Origin: Kiritimatiellia bacterium
GTDB lineage: Bacteria > Verrucomicrobiota > Kiritimatiellia > JAAZAB01
Reading direction: 5' to 3'
Assembly (NCBI GenBank): GCA_040767085.1
Contig: JAXGPF010000004.1
Span: 96,001 to 160,000 of the forward strand
DNA length: 64,000 nt
This document shows, one piece after another, positions 11,250-18,953 of this stretch (the first letter of the stretch is position 1; the number at the start of each line of letters is the position of its first letter). The position numbers were made by a program, and so were the translations under genes. The notes under the pieces are model-generated. The model was given only the letters and a program-made list of their open reading frames with translations. It ran no database searches and was not told the DNA's origin.

Positions 11250-11277
11250 ATCATACGCCAATGACGTATATTGTCAA
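11250..11277 (-). promoter_or_regulatory. Sigma70 promoter of higBA with overlapping palindromic operator
   Basis: TTGACA-16 nt-TATGAT ending 6 nt before the ATG (near leaderless); ATACGtCAtTGgCGTAT dyad. Confidence 0.7.
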
Positions 11278-11302
11278 TCTCCGATTTCATCCTTTTTCTG
11301 CT

Positions 11303-11361
11303 GCCCAACGTCACTTCTATGGCGCGGCCTTCAGGCCGTCGCTTGCAGGAGCCGGTTCGGC
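11303..11361 (-). other. attC-like site (59 bp)
   Basis: GCCGAAC...GGCCTGAAGGCC central hairpin...GTTGGGC, directly after a cassette ORF. Confidence 0.78.
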
Positions 11362-11419
11362 GGTCTTCTGATCGAGGGCCTCCAGGGCGCGAGAAATCGC
11401 CTGAATCGCAAGACGGAAG

Positions 11420-12520
11420 TCAAAGCCGGCGCACGCGTTCGAGTCGCGCGATCTGTTTCTGTCGCCGCTCGCTGTTCGTCTCGTCCGATTCCTTCGACTG
11501 CGGGACAAGCGACCACGGGCATCCGGCGCCTTCCATGAGGATGTCCCCGATCTTGCCGTACTCTTCGGCGGCGGCGAGTAGACGCTCGCGGGCTTCGCCC
11601 TTGAACAACGCAGCCTTCACCTTGAGCCAGCGGGAAGCGATAGGACGATTCTGCGTGAGCACGTCGTAGCACCAACCGCTGCCCTGCATACACGCCTTCG
11701 GGTCCTTAACCTTGCCCGCCTCGACATCGCGCAGATACTGGAGCCAAAACGCGTAGGCGGCATCGCCGGAAAGATAGTGGCCTTCAATCTTATCCTTGCG
11801 GTACCACATGTCGACGGCCTGCCTCAGGGCGGCGAGCGTCAGTTTGCGTTCATCGGCGCGCTCGCTGGCCAACTTGGGCTCCAGCCAGACGACCACTCCC
11901 CAAGGCCACTTGTCCCTGCCGCCAGCGAAGCCGGCAGCCTCGTCGTACCAGAACGGTTCACCGCCCCGCTTGTGATACGGATGAACGCACCACCATCGCC
12001 TGCCCTCGTCGGCGTACCCGATGATCAGGCCCTCCTCTTCGGCGACATAGTTCACGGGAATGCCGCGGTCGAGGCTCGTCTTGATCGCGGCACAGACTTC
12101 AGCGCGGAAGGCCTTGCCTTCCCCGGCGTTCCGTTCCGTCCTCCCCGGGAACGACTCGTATATCTTGGTTCGCCAGGGAATCGCCTTGTTGCTGTTCTCG
12201 ATGCACATGTACCCGCAGCAGGGATGTCCGGCGCTGGGACAGAGTCGGTTGTCGATGCCGACACGGAACGCGAACCCGCCGTAGCACACGAGGTCATCGT
12301 ACGTCATCGTTTCGCCGACGGCCTGGAGGATTCGAGCCTGCGCTCCGTGAACACTCGATCGACAGTCGGCGGGGCTGAAGCCCTTCACGCCATCGAGCCA
12401 CACCTTGCCGTCCTCTCGCCTGACCTTGGATGCCATGTTGTTACCTCTGTTCGTGTCGGCGGCAACGGCCACGCCTGCCGCAATCACCGCACAAAGCCAT
12501 GCGACCACGCCCTGTTTCAC
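11420..12520 (-). CDS. Secreted hypothetical protein (cassette)
   Basis: 366 aa with a signal-peptide-like N-terminus; bounded by attC-like sites. Confidence 0.75.
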   Translation of the reverse strand: MKQGVVAWLCAVIAAGVAVAADTNRGNNMASKVRREDGKVWLDGVKGFSPADCRSSVHGAQARILQAVGETMTYDDLVCYGGFAFRVGIDNRLCPSAGHPCCGYMCIENSNKAIPWRTKIYESFPGRTERNAGEGKAFRAEVCAAIKTSLDRGIPVNYVAEEEGLIIGYADEGRRWWCVHPYHKRGGEPFWYDEAAGFAGGRDKWPWGVVVWLEPKLASERADERKLTLAALRQAVDMWYRKDKIEGHYLSGDAAYAFWLQYLRDVEAGKVKDPKACMQGSGWCYDVLTQNRPIASRWLKVKAALFKGEARERLLAAAEEYGKIGDILMEGAGCPWSLVPQSKESDETNSERRQKQIARLERVRRL

Positions 12521-12531
12521 TCGATTCTCCT

Positions 12532-12590
12532 GCCCAACGTTACGGCTCTGTGGTCCCGTGTAGCGGGTACGCTGAAGCCGGAAGTTTTTA
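12532..12590 (-). other. attC-like site (59 bp, degenerate R'')
   Basis: TAAAAAC...CGGCTTCAG...ACCCG/CGGG...CAGAGCCG...GTTGGGC imperfect palindrome, right after a stop codon. Confidence 0.72.
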
Positions 12591-12830
12591 CTATTCCATC
12601 CCCAGCCTAGCGATAATGTCTTTTGCTTGTTCTGTTTGATTTTCAGGAACCATAACTTTCATGCTTCCTGCGCCTATACTCATTCCACCCATTTGGACGG
12701 AAGAAAATATTTCGTTTTCGACGTAGCAAGTGATATTCGCTTGCTCCAACGCCGCGCGAATCATTCCAGCTTGGACAGGATTGCGTGGCTGATAAACAGC
12801 TATAAACTTGGTATTATCTTGTTCGTTCAT
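12591..12830 (-). CDS. DUF2007-like small protein (cassette)
   Basis: QAGMIRAALEQANITCYVENE...KVMVPENQTEQAKDII pattern; low GC. Confidence 0.75.
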   Translation of the reverse strand: MNEQDNTKFIAVYQPRNPVQAGMIRAALEQANITCYVENEIFSSVQMGGMSIGAGSMKVMVPENQTEQAKDIIARLGME

Positions 12831-12840
12831 TTATTTTCAC

Positions 12841-12926
12841 ATCCAACGTCAGCGTTAATGCTGAGGCGCGCCTGGTGCGCCGCTAACGGGTGGCTGTAAG
12901 CCGTACCGTTCAGCGGCTGGTTAGGG
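12841..12926 (-). other. attC-like site
   Basis: CCCTAAC (overlapping the stop of the upstream gene)...GTTGGAT; the left half resembles the site at 61807-61865. Confidence 0.78.
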
Positions 12927-13430
12927 ATTACTCTTCTTTGCTTGTCGTATCCAGTGAGGGATGGAAATCAACGATGCGACAGCGATTCCCACTCCCAAAG
13001 AGATCGTGCAGTAGAATGGTATGAAGATGAACGCGATGGCCGACGTGGATGACACTGGTCCATCAGTGTACAACGGCAGCCAGACCGAAACATGTGCGGG
13101 CACCATGAGTGCCAGTATGCCGACAAGACCGCAGACACAGAAGAAACAGAAACGAGCTCTCGTGAGCGTGCTCGTGAGAGCACGCAAGATGACAGAAAGA
13201 ATGCCAAAAGGAATCAGTCCAATGATGGCAAGAAGGAACAGATTGTGCCCCTCTGCAAACTGTCGGTGGGCAATATCTCGCAATGACTCGACTGGCGCTA
13301 TGCTGCCGACTGTGATTTCGAGGAGGAAGATCACAAGAGAGGGGGTAACCAAGCCAACCACGACGATGAGGTTCAGGCACGTCCGCCTGAACTTATCGAA
13401 CTGTCCATCTGTTTCGTTCATTCTCTGCAT
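12921..13430 (-). CDS. Four-TM membrane protein (cassette)
   Basis: Hydrophobic segments; cassette starts GTTAGGG and ends with the complementary CCCTAAC. Confidence 0.75.
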   Translation of the reverse strand: MQRMNETDGQFDKFRRTCLNLIVVVGLVTPSLVIFLLEITVGSIAPVESLRDIAHRQFAEGHNLFLLAIIGLIPFGILSVILRALTSTLTRARFCFFCVCGLVGILALMVPAHVSVWLPLYTDGPVSSTSAIAFIFIPFYCTISLGVGIAVASLISIPHWIRQAKKSNP

Positions 13431-13520
13431 CCCTAACGGCGAACTGTTGAGCGCAACTGACGGAGACAGGAAGCTCGGCTTCCGGGCGAACGGCAGTTAC
13501 GCTCGGCCGGTCGGTTCGGA
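13431..13520 (-). other. Head recombination site of array 1 (attC- or attI-like)
   Basis: TCCGAAC...GAGCGTAACTG / CAGTTGCGCTC inverted repeat...GTTAGGG. Confidence 0.7.
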
Positions 13521-13660
13521 ATTTCCCCAAGCTTATCCTGGCCGGACTTTCCATCTATGCCGGATGATAGGCGATTCCCCGATTAATACGCAATATTTTT
13601 CTGTTTTCCTTGGTTGACCGAGCGGAAAGTACAAGAATCCTTGACTGACACCTTGACCCT
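13509..13660 (-). promoter_or_regulatory. Conserved ~155-bp array head element with promoter (copy 1)
   Basis: Reverse complement closely matches 61884-62041; contains TTGCGT-18 nt-TATCAT pointing into the cassettes. Confidence 0.72.
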
Positions 13661-13785
13661 TCGTGATCTTCGTGCCCTTCGTGGTTAATCAGCAAAGGAA
13701 CAAAGGGGCAGAGGGGCAGAATCTGGGTCTTTCGCGTTCCTTGTGTTCTTTTGCGGTTAATTCATTCCCTTCGTGGCCTTCCATG
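13657..13785. repeat. 9-bp-period short repeats (CTTCGTG / TTCGCG-TTGTG-TTGCGGTT)
   Basis: cttcgtgatcttcgtgcccttcgtggttaa and ttcgcgttccttgtgttcttttgcggttaa. Confidence 0.6.
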
Positions 13786-13868
13786 AGATAAAACGCAGCC
13801 GTGGGTTCACGCAGGATCGAGCATAAATTGCATTGAATTGACACCGCCGCCAAACTAGACTGCCCGGC

Positions 13869-15125
13869 ATGGAAGCACTCTGGCAAAGTCTCGCGCCGCA
13901 CCTGCCGGTACTGTTGATTTTCAGCCTGACCTACCTGGGGGTGGCGCTGGGCGGCATCCCGGGCCTGGCGCTGGATCGCACGGGCGTGGCGCTGCTGGGC
14001 GCCATCGCCATGGTGGCCGCCGGCTGCGTTTCCATTCCCGACGCGCTGTTGATGGTGGACGCCAACACCATCATCCTGCTTTACGCTTTGATGCTGCTCT
14101 CCGCCCAGTTCCGCCTGGCCGGCAGCTACACCATGACCGTCCTGCACCTGCGGCGTTTCATGGGGCGCCCGGCATCCTTCCTGCTGCTGGTCATGCTCAG
14201 TTCCGCCATCCTCTCGGCCATCCTGGTGAATGACGTGATCTGCCTGGCCTTGACACCGGTGCTGACCGTGCTCCTGCTGCAGTCCGGGCTGAATCCCGCG
14301 CCTTACCTGCTGGGCTTGGCCATCGCCAGCAACATCGGCTCGGCCGCCACGATCATCGGTAACCCGCAGAACATGCTGCTGGGCCAAACCGGGCACCTGG
14401 ACTTCGGGGCATTCCTGGCATGGTGCGGCCCGCCCTCTTTCTTGGCGCTGCTGGCCGCCTACGGCTGGATTATGCTGGCCTACCGCGGACGGCTGCGCCG
14501 CGCCGGCGGCGCTGCCCCTGCGGCGCCCGGCGGCGGGGCCTGGCCGGTGTTCAACCCGCACCAGAACCGCAAGGCGCTGGCCATGGCCATCCTGTTGATC
14601 GCCCTCTTTTTCACGAATATTCCCCGGGAACTTACCGCGCTGGCGGTGGCCGGGGTGCTTTTGTGCAGCCGGAGCATGCACACCCGCGAAATGCTGGCGC
14701 TGGTGGACTGGCACCTGATCACCCTGTTTTGCGGGTTGTTCATCGTCACCGGCGTGCTGTCACGGACGGGGCTGCCCCTGGAATTCATGCATTGGATCAC
14801 GGCCCAGGGCGGCAATCCGCAAAACCCATACGCGCTTACCGCACTGGCCGCCGGCCTGAGCAATCTGGTGAGCAATGTCCCGGCGGTGATGCTGTTGCTC
14901 CAATTCCTGCAGCCGGATGATCCCGCTACCTGGTATATCATGGCCCTGGCCAGCACTTATGCCGGCAACCTGATCACCATCGGCAGCATTGCCAACCTGA
15001 TCACCATCGAGCAGGCGGGGCTTTGCGGCGTTAAAATCAGTTTCCGCGAACACGCCCGGGTGGGCGTGCCGGTGACCGTTTTGTCATTGCTGATCCTGGC
15101 GGCATGGATTGCCGTCTGTTTTTGA
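13869..15125 (+). CDS. ArsB/NhaD/CitMHS-type anion permease
   Basis: SAILVNDVICL, ASNIGSAATIIGNPQN, SNLVSNVPAV and AGNLITIGSIANLI motifs. Confidence 0.88.
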   Translation: MEALWQSLAPHLPVLLIFSLTYLGVALGGIPGLALDRTGVALLGAIAMVAAGCVSIPDALLMVDANTIILLYALMLLSAQFRLAGSYTMTVLHLRRFMGRPASFLLLVMLSSAILSAILVNDVICLALTPVLTVLLLQSGLNPAPYLLGLAIASNIGSAATIIGNPQNMLLGQTGHLDFGAFLAWCGPPSFLALLAAYGWIMLAYRGRLRRAGGAAPAAPGGGAWPVFNPHQNRKALAMAILLIALFFTNIPRELTALAVAGVLLCSRSMHTREMLALVDWHLITLFCGLFIVTGVLSRTGLPLEFMHWITAQGGNPQNPYALTALAAGLSNLVSNVPAVMLLLQFLQPDDPATWYIMALASTYAGNLITIGSIANLITIEQAGLCGVKISFREHARVGVPVTVLSLLILAAWIAVCF

Positions 15126-15199
15126 CCAACCCAATGGATCCTTTACCACCGCTTCTCCGTTTTAGCGAGAATTCGGTTCGGAATGGCGGTTATGGCCTG

Positions 15200-15610
15200 C
15201 GCATCCTATCCCGGACACCGCCCTTGTAGTGGCGCAACTGTGTTGCGCTTCCCGTCCCGGACGCCACTGTAGCGGCGCAACTGTGTTGCGCATCCCATTC
15301 AGAACGCCGAACGCAGTTCGGCCACTACATCCGGAAATTTCCCATCATAGCAAGCGCGGCGGCATAATTTGCTCACGGCTGCGTCATTCCAGGAAAAGAC
15401 GGCTCGGTACGGAGACATCGCCCTACCGGGAGAATGCTCTGTAGGTAGGGCGACGTTTCCGACGGAGCCGCGGTCGGACGGCTCGCCCGGAGGTCTCGCC
15501 CCACCATTTCATAAGCATTTGCCATGGATATAGCCCTTGTAGCGGCGCAACTGTGTTGCGCATTCTATCCCGGATGCCGAACGCAGTTCGGCCGCTACAT
15601 CCGGAAGTTT
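15200..15610. repeat. Cluster of GTAG-type REP elements (two families, BIME/REPIN-like)
   Basis: GTAG(T/C)GGCGCAACTGTGTTGCGC at 15226, 15269 and 15539 with inverted partners; GGTAGGGCGACGTTTCCGACGGAGCCG family at about 15400-15506. Confidence 0.8.
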
Positions 15611-15690
15611 TCAGCATGGAATGAGCGGCCGTGCTTAATTTCCGCGGAAACTGCTTGCCAAGCCGGCGTCTTTCCCTATTATTTCCCCCC

Positions 15691-16920
15691 ATGTCCAATA
15701 CGGCTACCATTCAGATCGAGCAGCAGGAAACCATGGTCATGGACCAGGCCGCGCGCACCGCCGCCGCCGGGATGACGGCTGCCGCCCGGACTGAAAAGCG
15801 GCCGGTCGACCCGGAATTCGAGGAATTGGTTGCCAATTACCGCGCCATCCTGCACAACCGCAGCATCCCCTACCCGGTAGCCTACCAGTTCGTCAAAGAG
15901 CTGGGCCACGGTCGGCAGGGCGTGGTGTTCCTCGGCATCCGGCACGGCGCCCGCGGCTGCCTGACCCACCATGCCATCAAACTGTTCGATCCCAGCATCT
16001 ATTCCAGCGCTTCACGTTACTGGACGGACATGGGCCGCGTTGCCAAACAAATCTCGCTGCTGCAGCCGATCAACAACAGCAACCTGGTCTCGCGCGATTT
16101 TTACGAGGAATGCAACGGCATCGGCTACATGCAGATGCAGGCGATTGACGGCGTGGATTTGCATTTCCTCTTGGACCGCAAGCAGATCGAGGTAGCGCGC
16201 CGGCGGAGCACGCCCGAGGAATGGGAGCATTTTTCCCGCGTGCTGTTTCAGGTGGAAGACGACCGGATCAGCCTCCAGCCAGGCGCGGCACTGCACATCC
16301 TGCGCAACGTGCTGCGCGGCCTGGACGTGCTCCATGACAACGGCTTCCTCCACGGCGACATCAAACCGACCAACATCATGATTGACGTCCAGGGGACCAT
16401 CAAGGTGGTGGACTTCGGCCGCGCCGCCCGGATTGGCGAAAAGGTCAATATCCTGCTGGGCAGTCCCCTTTACATGGCCCCGGAAGTCCACCGGCGCGAA
16501 CCGGGATTCGTCCAGTCCGACATTTTCAGCACCGGCCTGCTGGGCCTGGAACTGCTGCGCGGGCGGCAGATTACCGCCTATGCGGAATTGAACGAAAATG
16601 CCCTGATGGACTTTAAAAACGCCCTCGTGCGGCACCTGGAAGATTTTCTGCCGGAAAGCGTCCTGCAGAACATCGAATTCACCAACGTGCTGCGCCGTTT
16701 CCTGGAGTCGGAAATCGTCAACCGGTACGCCAGCGCGCGCGAAGCGGAATCGGGCGAACAGAGCCTTATGTCCGCCCGGCAATGGATGTCGGATTTCGAA
16801 CGCGAAGCGGAATACGAGCGCGAATTGGAAGACTACCTGGACAAGCTGGTGGACCCGGAAACCGGCGCTTTGAATCCGCATTTCGCGTCAGACAACCTGA
16901 CGGCCGTGATCATCACCTGA
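15691..16920 (+). CDS. Hanks-type Ser/Thr protein kinase (cytoplasmic)
   Basis: LGHGRQGVVF, AIK, HGDIKPTNI, DFG, YMAPE and SDIFS motifs. Confidence 0.9.
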   Translation: MSNTATIQIEQQETMVMDQAARTAAAGMTAAARTEKRPVDPEFEELVANYRAILHNRSIPYPVAYQFVKELGHGRQGVVFLGIRHGARGCLTHHAIKLFDPSIYSSASRYWTDMGRVAKQISLLQPINNSNLVSRDFYEECNGIGYMQMQAIDGVDLHFLLDRKQIEVARRRSTPEEWEHFSRVLFQVEDDRISLQPGAALHILRNVLRGLDVLHDNGFLHGDIKPTNIMIDVQGTIKVVDFGRAARIGEKVNILLGSPLYMAPEVHRREPGFVQSDIFSTGLLGLELLRGRQITAYAELNENALMDFKNALVRHLEDFLPESVLQNIEFTNVLRRFLESEIVNRYASAREAESGEQSLMSARQWMSDFEREAEYERELEDYLDKLVDPETGALNPHFASDNLTAVIIT

Positions 16921-16927
16921 CGGTCAA

Positions 16928-17836
16928 TCAGGCAGCGGGCGCGGCGCGCAATCCCAGGAGGCGCTGCGCCGCCCAGGCCGCGGCAAACGTCAGGCCCACT
17001 CCCGCCAGGCCGGCCAGTCCGCCGGCCAGCCAGGCATTGCGGATCCCGGGCAGGATGTAATCCGGCAGCAGCCCGGCAAAGGCCGGCGCGGATGCATGCA
17101 GGAAGTGATATTTCGCCGCCACCCACTCCAGGCCGTCCGGCCAGGTGGACGCCAACGGGCTTAACAGCAGCGCCATCACCGCGGCCGCTGCCAGCGGGGC
17201 AAGCGTCAGCCGCCGCGCGCCGCTTTGCGCCGGCTTGGACGCGAAAGCCGCGCAAAGCACGGCGGTAAGCACAGCTTCACCCAGGCCGATCAACGCATGC
17301 GCCCCCAGCATGGACGGCAGCACCGTCCCCAGGGCCGCCTGGCCATCCAGGGCCAATTCCAGGCTGACCGCCAGGGCGGCCAGCATGACGGAAATCCAGG
17401 CGGCCAGCATGCCGGCCAGACGGCGTCCCGCCGGAGTGCCAGTCCTGGCCGCCAGTTGCTGGCGTATCCAGCCGCCGGCGCCGGCGCCGATCAACGCCAT
17501 GTTAAAGAGGTTGGCGCCCAGCACGGACATCCCGCCGTCGGCAAACACGAGGCTCTGCACGGCCACCACCAGGGCTATAGCCAGGATGCCGGAGGGAATC
17601 CCCAGCAAGCTGGCGGCGACCACCCCGCCCAGCAGATGCCCGGAAGTGCCATGCAACACGGGAAAATTCAGCATCTGCCCGGCGAAAATCAGGGCGGCGA
17701 CGGCGCCAAAACGGCCGGGGGACGGCTGATCCGGGGAGCGGGCGCTGCGCCAGGCGGCGGCAATGATTACCACCGCGCTGACGGCGGCGGTTACGGGGCA
17801 AAGGTTGCCTTGCAGCATGGAATCCGGAATATGCAT
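16928..17836 (-). CDS. CbiM/NikM-type ECF substrate component fused to a PDGLE domain
   Basis: MHIPD N-terminus, GTSGHLLGG and PDGLE motif. Confidence 0.9.
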   Translation of the reverse strand: MHIPDSMLQGNLCPVTAAVSAVVIIAAAWRSARSPDQPSPGRFGAVAALIFAGQMLNFPVLHGTSGHLLGGVVAASLLGIPSGILAIALVVAVQSLVFADGGMSVLGANLFNMALIGAGAGGWIRQQLAARTGTPAGRRLAGMLAAWISVMLAALAVSLELALDGQAALGTVLPSMLGAHALIGLGEAVLTAVLCAAFASKPAQSGARRLTLAPLAAAAVMALLLSPLASTWPDGLEWVAAKYHFLHASAPAFAGLLPDYILPGIRNAWLAGGLAGLAGVGLTFAAAWAAQRLLGLRAAPAA

Positions 17837-17881
17837 AAGATGCTCCCTGAGTTAAACGCAATATCGCAAAACATTGGTGCC

Positions 17882-17910
17882 TTTATAGCGTGACCATAAA
17901 ACTGCGTCAA
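17882..17910 (-). promoter_or_regulatory. Sigma70 promoter for the CbiM/NikM gene
   Basis: TTGACG-17 nt-TATAAA. Confidence 0.6.
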
Positions 17911-17929
17911 GCGTTGTTTTAGACGGCGG

Positions 17930-18140
17930 TCGGGCGGCATCTTTCCGGATAGCGCCACATCCTGCTTCATCAGACTACGCAGGACAAGCAGTGGCCGTGC
18001 ACGCCGAAGCCATGCGTAGGCGGGCGTTCGGCGTCTTTCCGGATTGCGCCACGCAGTGGCGCCACTACAACCAGATTACTGTAGCGGTCCGGCTTTGCCG
18101 GACATTCCGGAATCCGGATTACACCACATACTGCTTCATC
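17930..18140. repeat. GTAG REP cluster with nested mini-palindromes
   Basis: GCGCCACGCAGTGGCGCCACTAC (18046-18068), GTAGCGGTCCGGCTTTGCCGGAC (18081-18103) and an interrupted copy at about 17937-17995. Confidence 0.72.
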
Positions 18141-18178
18141 CCGTCGTCCGTGTCATAAGGCGAATTGCTTTGGACGCG

Positions 18179-18934
18179 TCAGAAAGGCGTCGCTAAATCC
18201 ACGAATTCCGCCGCGATTTTAAACCGCCGCGCCAGCAGTTCCGCCAGCGCGCGCACGCCAAAGGTTTCCGTGGCATAATGCCCGCCGAAAATCGCGTTGA
18301 CACCGTATTCCCGCGCCAGGTGCCAGGCCGCCAGGGTCGGCTCGCCGGAAAGAAACACATCCACCCGATCGCGCCCGGCCTCGTCCAATTCCGCCGCGCC
18401 GCCGCCGGAGACCACCGCCACCGTGCGCACCAAGCGCGGGCCAAATTCCATGGTCCGCAGTTCCGCGCCTAAAATCCGGCCGGCCAATTTTTTGAAATCC
18501 GCATAGGGCATGGCCCGGGGCAGACGGCCGGCGAAACCGATCTGCGCCCCATGATACCAGCCGAACTTGCGGAGCTGCCGCAAGCCCAGGGCGCGGCAAA
18601 TGCAGGCATTGTTGCCGTAGCGCGGATGGGCATCCAACGGCAGGTGGCAGGCATACAGCGCCATGCCGCGGTCGAGCAGAAATTTCACGCGGTTGTAATT
18701 CAAGCCGGTGATGCGTTTCAGGGAATCGCCCCAACTGATGCCATGATGGCAGACCAGCAGGCTGGCCTGGCGGCGCGCGGCGGCCTGGAAGAATTCCAGG
18801 CTGGCATCCACGCCGCAGCAGACCCGGCGCACCGGCCCGTCGCCCGCCACCTGCAAGCCGTTATGCGAAACGTCCTGCCATTCCCCGACCTTCAGTGTCC
18901 GATCCAGAAATGCCGCGATAGTTTCAATATTCAT
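18179..18934 (-). CDS. Nif3-like dinuclear metal-center protein
   Basis: NGLQV, LLVCHHG, HLPLDAHP and GHYATE motifs. Confidence 0.92.
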   Translation of the reverse strand: MNIETIAAFLDRTLKVGEWQDVSHNGLQVAGDGPVRRVCCGVDASLEFFQAAARRQASLLVCHHGISWGDSLKRITGLNYNRVKFLLDRGMALYACHLPLDAHPRYGNNACICRALGLRQLRKFGWYHGAQIGFAGRLPRAMPYADFKKLAGRILGAELRTMEFGPRLVRTVAVVSGGGAAELDEAGRDRVDVFLSGEPTLAAWHLAREYGVNAIFGGHYATETFGVRALAELLARRFKIAAEFVDLATPF

Positions 18935-18953
18935 TTTAGCCGCCTCCGCTGTG

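Noticed and set aside
15200-15610. CRISPR array
   Set aside because: Repeats occur in both orientations with irregular spacing and GTAG palindromes, and there are no cas genes; this fits REPs.
17836-17930. Cobalamin riboswitch upstream of the CbiM-like gene
   Set aside because: The candidate promoter is only about 45 bp from the start and no B12-box is visible.
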